The notes: generated from the letters alone by a model not told the origin. A stretch of DNA of 64,000 nucleotides from Gnetum montanum (GCA_015680685.1 MNCI01000614.1:594868-658867), one strand, 5' to 3'; positions 37,909 to 51,335 are shown, numbered from the stretch's first letter. Made by a program: numbers and translations.

Positions 37909-40900
37909 TCAATCAAGACCTACCACCAGGCATCGTAAGATATCCTCTTCCATGATGTCAACCCAATTCCTGTCACCCAAATCAGCACTTGTAGCAACTT
38001 TCTCCTTCTCCATGGATTTCCATCTTGGGGGTCTAGGAGAAAAGGCAGCAGTGGTGGTCTCACCCACAGGAAATGTCACTTTTCTTTTGGGGGACTCACT
38101 CACTATCACTTGTTGCATGAACCTGTCATAAGCCCTAGAAGCATCAATAATATCAAGGAACACCTCATGAGTATGTAACTTGACTGAGGCATCCCTGTAT
38201 TGGTTATGATAGGTGGCACGTTCTAGCTTATACATATGCTTATGATTTTTCTATGCTTGCCCCCATTTGTAAACCTTGGTGATGTAATCTTTCTAGTCTT
38301 GATTCTTCTGGGCTAAGAGGTCCATTTGCATGCACTACTCTATTATCTCACAGGTGGCATCATTGTTGCGTCACACAGCAGTCCAGTACCTTACGTAGTC
38401 AATGATAACTATGCCCCAACTACCATTGTTGGTGTCCCGAGCCAACAAGAATTTGTTCCCGGAATGGAGAACTCCCACCTCAGTGGTCAAGTTCGCCTTC
38501 TCCTTCTCAAGCCTCTAGACTTATTTCTAGAGGTATTTGTTCATGCGCTTGCATTCCCACAAGGAGCATGCCGAGTACAAAGCACATTGGCTTGCCTCGT
38601 CGTATACACGATGAGGTACTTTAGTTACCTTCAGTGAAAATTCAGGCATAGTGTCGACCTTAATTGCTCGCTTAGGGTCCCACTTGAGACGAGAAGCTGC
38701 CAAACAACAAAAAAGAAATGCATTAGTCAGAGAGGCATAGTGAATACAGGGACAATGTAGAGTCTAGCGTAGCATTTTAGCTTACCCACTTTTGGATAGA
38801 CTTTCCTTACACGGTCAATCATGTCATTGACTACCCCTTTCATAAAAGTAAATTTGTCAGGGGTTTCAGTCTATATTTTTTAGTTAGAATATAGAGAACT
38901 TCTTCTCCCTGTTCTTCTTCTTCTTCTTCCTTCACTGATAAAGCATAGTTGTAGTAAGTAAACTATACTAACTTGAAGCAGATGCAAGCGTTAGCCAAAA
39001 AAATAAATAAATAAAATTAAAAAATACTTACCAATTGGAGGCTACACTCTACGAAGCTTAAATTGCAACTTCTTCCCCCTCTCTTCATTAGTACAGGGGG
39101 TCTCGTCCACAGGGCGAGACCTCTTGCATTATAGCTTTGTTATCACCATCTCTGTAATGAGGCATTCCCCCCTTATCACACTACTGGTGGTATTGGGGGG
39201 TGCCTCTCCCATGTTGTCCTTGGCCTGAAAGTTACGTACCACCCGGTCCCTGGTCGTCATTGAGAATGACTCCTCGATAGCTTCTGGGGGGTCTTGAGAT
39301 CGAGTGGTACGGAAGACTTGGTAGATGCATGGTTTGGAGATCTAGCTACGATCCTGCAGTACCCAGAACCCATTCTCATGGACTACCAAGAATTCCATAA
39401 AATGGCATAGGTAGGCTATGAAAAAGGCATGGTACAGATTGAAATGGGATTCAAGCTTCCCTTGAAGCTTAACCATCTTAGACTACATGCCTCTGTAAAG
39501 ATGCTTGGCCCAATTATAATAGGTCCCTTCTTCCATGACTTCCATTATTATTCGAGCCTACTCAATCCCAATGATTTTTCCTTGGGATAGTAGCTTGGGA
39601 AAGGCACAAGCACAGAAGATAGGGTAAACCATTTTGGCCACCCATAACCTGGCTTTTTCCATATAAATCCCCTTTCAGTCCTTTGTAGCCCCTAGCCACT
39701 CCTCGATGTCCTCTTGATTGTGTGCATCTTTCTTGGATTTTTCTCCCATGGGGAGACCATTAGGGGGGACATTGAAAAGATGCATGAATAATTGATTTTA
39801 ACATCAAGTACCATGTGCACACCATAAACACGTGTGCGGAAGCGGTCTACCTTTTCGGAGAAGGAGTCGGCTAGGGAAAGCATCACAGCAGGTGGGACAC
39901 TCGGGTTAATAGCCAAAAATAAGTCCATAAGCCTAGCCTCCTAAAGGTTATGGACCAGTGTGGTTGGGGCCTCATTGCAGAGTCAGCACTGGGTCTTCTC
40001 CACCTCCCTGTACTTAAAGAAGAGGTTGGTCTCGTTGTGTCTGGAGGCAATCATAGTCACCTCATAGGATTTCTTCGCTACTAAAATGATTCGCAAAAAA
40101 AATGAAAAATAAAAAGAGAAAGAGGGTTAGCAAAACATAAACATTACTCAAAAATTTAGCAATGAATGCACACTTTAGCGTACTAGGTTTGAACAACATG
40201 GGAAATGGTGGAAGATCCACCAAAACGTCTTCAACGGTGAGTGGCCTGAGGGATGCCCATTCCCTATTCAACTAACCGGCTTGTTTACATTTTCCATAAA
40301 ACTGGGAATACCAAGTTGGATAGGTTTTGAAATCACCTCCAAATTGGCCTATCACATCGGTGCACACATTCCTCATGGAGGAAAACTCCCGTAAGGCCAT
40401 CTGTGCCAACACCAAGGTGTTTGTGTCACTGCGAAGACCACTCCTATCAATAAAAAAAATGGTAATATAAAAAATGAATACATACATTGTTAACACCTGT
40501 GTCTAGCATAGCATGGATTACATGACAATACCTTTGTAGAACTCACCCGTCGGCATAGTAAATTGTTCCAAGTGGGTTCTGGAAGCAGGTGCCCATGTGG
40601 CAGGTGACAAAAAAAGTGTTGTATAGGTGGTAGCACTTATACTCAGGCATTTCCTAGATCCAACTTAGGTGTCTCAGGATTTTTGGAGACTAGTTGGAAC
40701 CTTTTTCCTACTCGCCTCCGATTTACCCATCAGTCAAAAATTTTGGAATACCTCGGTTTGCCCCAGGCAATAGGTTTTCTGTGATTGCGACTACTGTCTT
40801 CACCAATAAGTGTGACCAAAAAATCACACTAAAGTACTGGAGGAGGAACTGTAGGAAGTCCTAGGCACCTTCACAGAACTAGACCACCTACCACTCCACA

Positions 40901-41925
40901 CGTGCATGGGGAGGAGGGACATTAGCCACCAGTTCACTTAGGCAGCACAAGACTCCTACAATTTCCAAAACAATGAAAATGGGTTTCAACATAACCCTGC
41001 ACCAACGAAGAACCAAATGGTAGCACTATGTACAAGCAAAGTTTACATGTAGCATAGCACAACCCTCACATTAAATATAGTGTAGCATGACATTTTCATT
41101 GCATATAGTGTAGCAAGATTTTACAGTCACAAAAAAAATGCAAATAAACAACAACAAAGTAAGCTTTGCAGCGTAGCATGGTCATAAAACTGCATACAAT
41201 GCAACAACACTTAGATGACATGTGATGTAGCAAATAAATAGGAATAAGAAGGCATGCAACAACAATGTAATTAGAGTATTACTACAACAAGCATAGTAAT
41301 ATTGCAAGCTTAACAAATTCAGCAACGCAGCGGTATTGTAGTCTTAATAGCATGATGATATGACAAACCTACTAAACCTTGTAATGTATTGGCATACTGC
41401 AGTAAAATCATTACAAAGTGTAGAAAATTAAGAGTTCACTGAGCCACAACCATCCCAACCATAATTTAGCTGTATAAAATAACTCGCATTGTACTGCACT
41501 AAACACCTATTTCGTCTGTCAAATTGTGCAGAATGCCAAAACCCTCTCAAATGCAGTGCACTACACTAGCCATACTCTAAGTGGGCTAGGCTTACCCAAA
41601 CCCCTGCAACAAGGTAGTCACAGCAATGGTAGCCAAGGCGATGCTACATGTGGCCATAGCATAGCATCCATACAATTGTTGTGGCCAACTAGTGATGATG
41701 GCAGTGTAGCAGCCAAAAATGGTGACCAAAATGAGTGGAGAAAGATGCAGATTTCAACAATAACAATTACAAAACTCTAAACAACAAAGATAATGTAATA
41801 ACTTACCAAGTGGACAAATTCTCCTCTCATACTGCAATGTGCACCTGAGTTAGGCACCCCAAAGTGTCCTTGACTTCATCCACTTTAGTGAGCCCTCAAT
41901 GCTTATGTTCACTGTTGGGTGCCAT
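37909..41925 (-). pseudogene. Antisense multi-exon PMD-like accessory gene, copy 2
   Basis: ATG at 41925; donors at ~41806 and ~40547. Splicing ..IYYADG|SGLRSDTN.. keeps the frame. Most of the acidic exon is deleted relative to copy 1. Confidence 0.7.
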
Positions 41926-42057
41926 CAGTGCACTCGTAGATGTTGTCGGCCACTACGCTACATTGTTTCACTTTCTCTCGGCACAATCGCACTACACTCT
42001 AGATGTGGGCTCTATGCTCTAATAGTGAAAACAAAAAATTTACTAGAGGTAAACCCC

Positions 42058-42065
42058 TATTTATA
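42058..42065 (-). promoter_or_regulatory. TATA box of the antisense gene, copy 2
   Basis: Minus-strand ggcTATAAATAgggg. Confidence 0.7.
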
Positions 42066-42094
42066 GCCAATGCAGTGAAAAGAGCCATTTTAGC

Positions 42095-42412
42095 ACCTTA
42101 AATTAGAAACCTACCCACACAAAGTGTACACTCAATGATCTACAAAGATCTTAAACTAGTGAAATTTTATGAAGCCTACCTATTAATGGTCCGCAAAGAC
42201 CTTAAACTAGCAGCTTTACCTAAAAACCACATCATGGTCCACAAAGACCTTAAACTAGTAACTTCACGTAAGAACCTATTAATGGTCCACAAAGACCTTA
42301 AACTAATAACTTTACCTTTATGAACTATTAACGGTCCATCATGACCTTAAATTGGTAAAGTTAATTGCATGTTTGAACCTGCTCATGGTCCGCCAAGACC
42401 TTAAACTGGTAA
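42095..42412 (+). repeat. Hairpin-motif array A, copy 2
   Basis: ggtc cgcaaa gacc ttaaactag and similar, 6-7 units, period ~48-54 bp. Confidence 0.9.
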
Positions 42413-42537
42413 CCTACCAACTTGGCCAAATGTTTGACAATCAGCACATGTTTCATTATTTCTTTGCTAATGTTTATTGTTATGCACTATAGCTTCAAAC
42501 TATTATCACTTGACCAGGCTTCTTCTTATTGTCGCAG

Positions 42538-45500
42538 GTTGGACAAGATGGCCATGTAGTGCAATTTACATTTGCCTTTAACCTTGACACATCCTCATGG
42601 AAAACTTGCAATATATATGAACCTAGAGTCGGTAGACTAGAATTCATCTACTGATAACATTGTAACATCCCTAGAAATGTCCCTAGATTAGCCTGAACAT
42701 TTGGTTCAAGTGTTAGACTTAGAGGTTGGGGATGTGACTGAGGACCCTCTCATTGAAGCACCAGTAACGACATCCAGGGGGGAAATAAAGACACTAAAAC
42801 TAAGTTTTCTCCTAGATTAACAAATACAAAAAGATATGTCTAGAGTCCTTCAAGACAACACCAAAGTATTTTCATGGTCTTACAATGACATGCTAGGTTT
42901 AGATCCATGGCTAAAACAACATAACATTGTATTAGACCCACGTGTCAAACCTGTTAAACAAAAGGCTCATAAGATTAAACCAGAAATTGCACTAGCCATA
43001 CGTGATGAAATCAAAAAATTATACCAAGAAGGTTTCATTTGTGCAGTTGACTACTTGGAATGGGTGTCAAACATCGTTGTAGTCTCTAAGAAAATGGGAG
43101 GGATACAAATCTGTATAGACTTCTGGGATTTGAACAAGACAACAATTAAAGATGACTTCCCACTACCAAGTATCGACCAGCTTATCGACACTATGACTGG
43201 TCATGCTTTACTATCCTTCATGGATGGGTTCTTTGGTTATAATCAAATTTACATATATATCCAGAGCATTAGTTGACAACCACTTTCATGACCCCTTGGG
43301 GTACCTTTTGTTACACCATGATGCACTTTGGTGTAAAGAATGTCAGAGCAACTTATCAATGAGCCATGGCCTACATCTTTAGTGACTACCTTCTAGAGAG
43401 TCTAAATGATTACGTGGATGACATAGCAGTCAAATCTAAGATGCATATTGATCATCCCATTGATCTAGATGTAGTCCTAAAACATTTTCATAGGCATCGC
43501 TTGTGAATTAATCTAGAGAAGTGTGTTTTCGACGTAAAAATTGGATGCATGTTAGGGATTGTAGTATCTGAGGCTAGAATACGAGTGGACCCTGATAAAG
43601 TTAAGGCCATTGTTAACCTAGAAGCCCCTACTAACCTTAAAGAATTGCACGGGTTGCAAGGTAGAGTACAGTTCATCAAAAGGTTTATAGCAAGGTTGAT
43701 TGACAAGTTACACCCCATGCAACACTTATTAAAGAAGGGGGTTAAGTTCGAATGGACAACATTATGCCAGCAAACCTTTGATGACCTGAGGAAAGAGCTT
43801 TAATACCTCTCGACTGTGTACCCACCATAGAGGGATAAGCCTTTCTACATCTACCTTGCAACCTTGGACACATCTATCGTAGCGCTGTTATGCAAAAAAA
43901 GAGAAGATGGATCTGAGATCCTAGTCTATAACTTGAGCCACACATTAATAGCATATAAAGCTAAATACAATGAAGTGAAAATGAATTGCCTCACTTTAGT
44001 GTTCACACTACAAAAGTGAAGACACTACCTATTCCCCAACCAAGTGAACATCATATGCAAAAGCAACATACTTTGGGCTATCATGAACAACTTGTATGAA
44101 AGTAGTAGGATAGCTTGATGGAAAGAATTAATAGTGCAATTTGATTTACACGATATAGCCCAATCATCAACGAAAGGACAAGCAATAGCTACTCAGCTTG
44201 CAACCTCACCCGTTGATGATTAGGCAATCATAGAACCCAAATTCCTTGATGAACGTGTTGGTAGCATCAACCTTGTACCATTACATTTTAAGGCCACCTT
44301 GCATTTTGACGATGCCTCTACCACACGAGGTGGTAGTGCTACCACTGTCATTACATTCCCCTTGGGGGACATGCAACCATTCATTTATTGCTTCATGTTC
44401 CTTTGTACAAACAATGTAGCTAAGTACGAAGGACTCCTCAGGGGCCTCTTAGTAGCCCAGCAATTGAAAATTTAACATTTGACAATTTGAGGAAACTCGC
44501 AACTTGTTTTCAATCAAATCATTGAGGTCTACACTTGTAAAGCTTCACATTTACAACCTTTTTTTTGATTTGACCAAAAGCCTATTACAATGGTTCACCA
44601 CAACAAACATCCAGCATGTGCCATGCAATGAGAACACCATAGCCAATGCCTTAGCTATGCTAGCATTAAATGTGTCACTACATCTATTCATGATCCTACC
44701 TACTTTGATAATAGAATGCATAGACCCTATCACCCACGTAGTACACGTGGCTTCTATAAGTGCTACCAACACCCAAGAGTGATAGGCTAACGTGAAAGCC
44801 TACCTGTAACATGGTGAACCCCCACATGGCTTGACATCCATCCAAAGGGATGCAATTTGAAAGAAAGCACAGCAGTATGTCCTCGTAGGAAATGATACCT
44901 TATGTAAATGCTCCTTTAATGGGATATTGTTAACTTGCTTTGGTGGGAAGGAGGCACAAAAAATTGTTAGCAAAGTCTATGAAGGACTATGTGGAGGACA
45001 CATAGCTCCTAGGGCCAAGGCAACTAAGATTAGATGCCTAGGGTATTGCTGGCCTCTCATGGAATGCAATTGTTTTGCTAAAGTCAAGATGTGTGACACG
45101 TGCCAACATCATGCAAATCTTATATGCATGTCACCTACTAGGTTGCACCCTACATATATCACGTGGCCATTCCAATGATGGGGACTAGATATCATAGGAC
45201 CCATCACACCTAAGTCTTCCATAGGACATAGCTTCATCATTACTACCACCGAGTACTTTATGAAGTAGGCAGAGCCTATACCCCTAAGGAAAACTACATC
45301 CTAATAGGTTTTCCACTTCATCTTAGATAACATCGTAACAAGGTTTGGTCTTCTCATGACTATTGTGACAGACAATGGGCCACAATTTAGTAATGCAGAA
45401 ACCAGAACCTTTTGTAGCAACCTTAGCATTAGGCAATCTTTCTCATCTCCATATTATCCACAAGCTAATAGTCAGGCAGAAGCAACAAACAAGGCCATCA

Positions 45501-46021
45501 TCAACTTGCTTAAAAGAATTCTTAGCAATAGCAAGAGGTGATGGCATGAGAAAATCCTCTATGTGCTCTAGGCCTACCGTACGATATGTAGGATGGCCAT
45601 AGGTAAGATCCCTTATAGCATAGTCTACGGATCTGAAGTAGTGTTACCCCTTGAATTGTAGGTACCATCACTATAGATTATGCTTTCAAGCATCATAAAT
45701 GAAGCCTGGAATAATGAATCAAGGATCATTGATCTCAACTCCCTAGAGGAAGAGCATGCATAGACACTGGGTTGAATCGAATGGTATCAGGACATGCAAC
45801 GACAAAAGAATCATGTAGACCTACATCGACGGCTGATTAAAAAGGGGGACCTAGTTCTCAAAGCTATGTGTGAACATGTGGAAAATTTTTCAGAAAACTA
45901 GGAAAGTCCATTCATAGTCATAAAAGCCTACAAGAATGGAGCCTTCAAGCTGGTAGACATGCACAGTAGAGAGTTTGCAAATCTCGTGAACCACCTATAC
46001 TTGAAGTTGTACTTCATCTAA
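42538..46021 (+). pseudogene. pol: Tat pol RT-RH-aRH-INT, copy 2
   Basis: WVSNIVVVSKK, DDFPLPSIDQ, SFMDGFFGYNQI, YVDD, aRH, INT IVTDNGPQF. Confidence 0.95.
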
Positions 46022-46041
46022 TGCGAAAGGAAGGTAAGCAC

Positions 46042-46369
46042 CATAGTCTACTACGACTATAAACTAGCATCCATAGTCCACTACGACTATAAAATGACAT
46101 CAACAGTCTTCCATGACTATAAACTAGCATAGATAGTCTTCCATGACTATAAACTGGCACAGAACATCTACTATGACGTTAAACTGGGATAGATGGTCCG
46201 CTACAACCTTAAACTGGCCCATCAACCATCCACTACAATGATAAACTAGCAGAATAGTCTACTAGGATCTTAAACAAGCACAACGGTTTACTAGGACCTT
46301 AAACTAGCACTACGGTCTACTAGGACCTTGACCAGTGTAACATATGGTCTACTAGGAAGTTAAACTGGG
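46042..46369 (+). repeat. Hairpin-motif array B, copy 2 (11 units)
   Basis: Same structure as 28214-28512 with one more unit. Confidence 0.92.
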
Positions 46370-47628
46370 TTTGCGGCACAACCTTCTTAGCTCACAATCC
46401 ACAACCATTCAAACAAGTGAGCATGCATAGTGTTGATGTAGGATGGAGCATTGTAGTCCTAGAAAGCAGTCCATGATGATAAGAAAATGTCCTCTGGAAC
46501 ATATGTGATGCCACTGCCCCTGGCATCTTGCTGATCCTTTGGAAATGTCATATGACATCTTGCTAACCTTCTAGAGCTATCGCTGCCACAGCCCGTCACC
46601 CTGGTAGTAGCTTCTATTGTTAGTACCTACTGTTTGAGTCCCAACACTATTGTGGCTAAACCACAAGGTCACTACACTCTAGCCCCCGCCATCATCCAAG
46701 CTCAAAAGATGTTTAGCTGTTAAGCCTCTCACCTTACAGCTGAACTACATGATGTTTTCCTTGCATGGGGACTCTTAAGCACTAGCGTCACTGCAACTCC
46801 TAGACCCCTCAGTGCCAACCCCTCTAGCCTTTCATTACCATAACCTCTTATGGCCTTCCTGCTTTAGATGTTTCTTTCCTTAGCAACAATGCCTGTCACC
46901 TTAGTGATGTCTAAAGCAAGTAAGACCTTTGCCTAACTACATCTTATGGTTACATTTCTCTGGTCTACTTTCTGTTGCGCTTGTAGGGTATGGGCCGAGA
47001 CGGTGTTGGTTAGAGATGCATTTCACCAAGAGAATAGGACACCACATCATTTCGAGGTGACTACTCTAACTAGCTTAGCTACGTGGGAGTGCACATCCTA
47101 CCACTCTCCTTTAACCTTCATCATCTATCTTCTCACACCTGTAGTTCCCCTTTTCAAACCCCTTTTACAAGCTTTCTTGACATGTGTAAAGTCCTCCCAT
47201 ATGCTCAAGCCAAAGTCCATGACGTGCGTAATGCAACTTGCCACATGGTAAGCATCTGTAGGCAGGTCAAAGCCCCACATGGATGTAACACAACTCATCC
47301 CAGGGAGGAAAGACCTGTCCTACAACAACAAGGTTGTTTGCAAATGAATATGGTTAAATGGCAAAAGAAAAGAACACAAGCATAACAGAGCTAAAAAAAA
47401 GCCAAAAAGAGAGCTAAAAAAAGGGCATGTGCCCAAAAAAAATGGTACATTGGCTGTCTTACAATGACCATCTCTAAGTGTCCTAACGAGAGGTACTCCC
47501 AAGCACAGCAAAGAGACATCTGAGCAACCACCGAAGAGTGATGTTAGTGTCTTGTCTTTCATGGTGTTTCATATTCTTTGTCGATGTCTATCGGGTGAAT
47601 CCTCCAGATGTCCATAAAGAGGGGCCAA

Positions 47629-49489
47629 TGAAACACCATAAAATTTCAGGACTCATGTTTCAGTAGAGTCTTGAAACTTAGGCAAGGATTTCCACAAGTG
47701 TAGCATCATGATCATTCATACTGGGGGTACACTATCCAGTCCGGCAAGTTTTCTACCTCCAAGGCTAATAGGCTCATTGGACTCTCCAGCCTACCCAAGT
47801 GAACAATTAACCTGGCTGACAATTTATGCAGAAACTAGGCTAGGAGTTGTCAAAAGTATTTAGGATGAGCATAACAGTTTCGTAAGTTTTCTAGTAAAGA
47901 AGTCTGCTACGCTATGCTACGCTATGCAGCGTAGCAAGCCTTGAAAAAATAGTTGCTTAAATGTCCAAGTTTGAGTTGATAGAATGATTGCAGAACAAGT
48001 CAAAGATTCAATCAGCACAAGGTCCTACGCTATGCTACGCTACGTAGCATAGCACAACGTAGCAAGGATGAAGCAGAAAGGCCTAGCTTGCCAAGTGATT
48101 CCAATGAGAAAGTTGCACTTGGCAAACACTCTGGCCTCCAAAATCGGTTGCCTTGTTTAGCACCAAGCCTTGAGCAAAGCTTCTTGGTAGAGAATGGCGG
48201 ATTGAACGAAAAATTAGGATACACTGGCTGCTACGTTGTGCTATGCTACATAGCATAGCAAAAATGCAAAAGTAGCAAGGGATTTTCAAACGTTGGTTTA
48301 GCAAGTTCAAAGGCTTCCTATTGTAGTTGTTAGCATGACTAAGCTTCAGACATGTTTTTAGCTTTAGCACAAGTTCCAGTCAAAACTAGTGGCTATGCTA
48401 TGCTACACTACGTAGCGTAGCACAGCATAGCAAGTAGCTACTTACGCTACACCAATGAACCTGAAAAACGTGAGTAACACAACACCGGTACAAAAGCATC
48501 AAGATGTCTTTCGGTATTTCTAGAACTTGTTGACAACAATCTTCCTCACTCTAGCATCTCCTTGGTGGAACTAGCAATTTCACTCAATTTTGCAAACCCC
48601 CCTGGCTAGCTCTTGAAAAATTGTTCCTATGCTTGACCCTACTTGTAAGAGTAGGGAAGACATAGTGCTAGAGCGTAAACTCCATTTTTGTTCGCAATGA
48701 TAGCCCACTAATCTTAGCACATACAATCTCAGAGGTATAGTCACAGCATATCCAAGTTCATGTCCAACATTGCACACCTACCTTGTATGGGCATGTTCAC
48801 ATTTCGTGGGGTCCAGGACATGTGGCATCCAAAGCCCATTTCTCGCCTGCTTCTGGCCCTATAAATACCCTGGCAAATAATTCTCAAAGAGTTGGCTTTT
48901 TGGGGAGGTTGCTCTTTTTGTTTAGATAGTTGGCATTTTTTTACATCAACAAGAGCAGTTGACTTGTTGAATTTTCGCATTGGCTGGTTGGCTTCTTGAT
49001 TGGCTTCTTAGCAAATGGAGTTGGCTTCTTTGCTGCAGTTGGCTTTTAAGTTGGCTTTTAAGCTAGCTTCTAGAAGGTGTAGTTGGCATCTCCCTTGATC
49101 ATTCTAGTTACCCTTGAGTTATCTGTGTGTCTCTGGTGTTTTATAACCTATTGTACACTCAAGCAAGGCAAAGAATTGAATCCGCGACCTTGGGGCAGTG
49201 CATTTTCTCACCCGAGTTTGTTTTGTTATTTCTTTGCTCTTATTGTTATTTTGCACTATTTTATTCTTTCTACATTTATTGCACATCGATTTACCTCGCA
49301 CATCTCACTCTCAAAACAACGTTTACGTAAGGTTAAGATACACTGACTAAGTCCCTATCTAATTGACGAGACCATTCAGGGCACCCCACTTTTGTATTTC
49401 TTCGACATGGCCCTCACATAGATTTGGTGTTAAATTTTTCACTTGGCAACCTCTTGGTGTTCCAACCACTGACGTTTTCGGTCGCTACA
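47629..49489 (+). repeat. Rightmost LTR of the tandem Tat element
   Basis: PPT aaagagggg, then tgaaacacc...gtcgctaca. Confidence 0.93.
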
Positions 49490-50396
49490 GTTTTAGGACC
49501 AATTCCATCAAAATATAAATGAAAAGCCATTGTAGAAGAAGTCTCATCTTCTCAACAAAATGTTGAAGAAATTCAAGATTCTTCTTCCTCAATAGGATAA
49601 TCTTTCATATATCCTTCTTGTTGGCATCATTTTGTACAAAAATAAGATAAACATTACCATTTTATGGAATGTAATGCCCTTCTTAAGATAAAAATGAATG
49701 AAGGAGACTCTAGTGAAAATAAACAAATTCCTTAAGAGGCTGTATATATGTTACAAGCAAAAAAGACATACGGTGCTTTGGCAGATACAATCTAGTTGCA
49801 AAACTGGGATAACAATAGAATAGGTTTAATTCTAGATCAAAACTATAGAAATAATATAGCACAAGAAAGGATCAAAGAAAAAATACAAGAAATGCACAAA
49901 GTATGAGTTCCCAAAAAGAAATCTAGCCAAAGTCTAGAACCACATAAGAAAACACGATCTTATTATAACCCTAAGCCAGGATCACCTCCATACATAGGTA
50001 GATCCCATAAAGCTAGGTATAGAGCAAATAAAAATGCTAAAGAAAACTCAAAATGGAAAGGCAAGAAGAAGGTAGTAAGTGTTAACATCAAGGATAAAAT
50101 GGAAACATCTGCTGACAACACTGGATTTGTAGCATCTTTTGATTCAAATGAAGAAACCTTATTAAAAGCTCTTGGTATCTTTCATGAAGAACCTCAAGAT
50201 TACTCAGGTGTCCAAATGCAAAAATTTAGTGAAAAAGCACCAACCTTTACTATGGATGGTAAATATATCAAAGGAAGGAAAGATATCAAAGATAATATCT
50301 AAGGCTTCATCGATAACCAGGTTATTCTTAAAAGAAAACCCTTCAAACATGCCATTGTAAAAATCACTTTTAATTTTAGGGTTATGTTAAGGAGAT
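49490..50396 (+). mobile_element. Continuation of the second caulimovirid copy (region between MP and coat protein)
   Basis: Reverse-complement homologue of ~12681-13588; ORF 50099-50302 PQDYSGVQMQKFSEKAPTFTMDG. Confidence 0.85.
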
Positions 50397-51179
50397 TGAT
50401 GAGTGGCAAGATACCCCTACACTCAACCATATGAATACAAGCATTTCATGCATGATCTGGTCGAATTCCAAGGACTAAGTGCTTATGCACCCTTATGGAA
50501 CAAGGACAGGTTGGTTGATAGTTGTCTTCCCAAGCTTACCTATATGTCACAATTGTATGGTTAAGTAAACTTGAGGCATATGATTTTTATAGCTTTTATG
50601 TTTTTATGTCCTATGCTAGTAGGGAAGGAAAGAGGTAACTAAGTGACTAATTTAACTTAACTACTCATTCACTAAGTTCTAAATAATCCTAACACCATCA
50701 TCCATTCCCACTTTCCATACACATCCTAAACCAATGCAACATTGCTGAAATTACCAAACACTAATCATTACTGGGTTACCAAGCATTACACGTATGCTCG
50801 AAGTGGTCATTCTTGTGTAATTTAACGATTTTCTTAATTGATAAAAATGAATTAATATGGTAATAACATAAATGTAAAGTGCATAAAATAAAATAAAATA
50901 AAATAAATGCATAAGAAAATAAAATAAAAGAAATGCATAAGAAAACAAATCTCAAGTGCTGCAAGGATGAATCAAAGAGCTTGTCTTTATTGCCATACAT
51001 AAGGTGTGCTCAAGTACACAATGCTCAAATAAAGATCCATCCACACTTAGACCTCTTGTTGCGGGCACTTGGAAAATACTCTAACTTTCAAATAGACTAC
51101 AAGAGTTTAGCTACTTGACTGCTAAAAGACTTCTCTCCAATTGTGCACCTGGGCACTATATTTATAGGCTTGGGAACAA

Positions 51180-51335
51180 CTACTCGAATAATTAGAGTAA
51201 CCACTCTAATAATTAGAATAACTTCTAAAGTAACCACTAGAGTAACCACTCTAATAATTAGAATAACTACTAAAGTAACCGCTAGAGTAACCACTCTAAT
51301 AATTAGAATAACTGCTAGAGTAACTTCTAGAGTAA
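51180..51335. repeat. Degenerate tandem repeat (tagagtaaccactctaataattagaataact) in the Athila-like LTR U3
   Basis: Read directly; it explains the spurious repetitive ORFs at 51097-51367. Confidence 0.85.

Larger units (their letters stand above)
33329..47628 (+). mobile_element. Tat-type Ty3/gypsy element, complete internal region, copy 2
   Basis: Order: PBS, gag, PR, intervening region, RT-RH-aRH-INT, 3' region, PPT. Confidence 0.93.
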
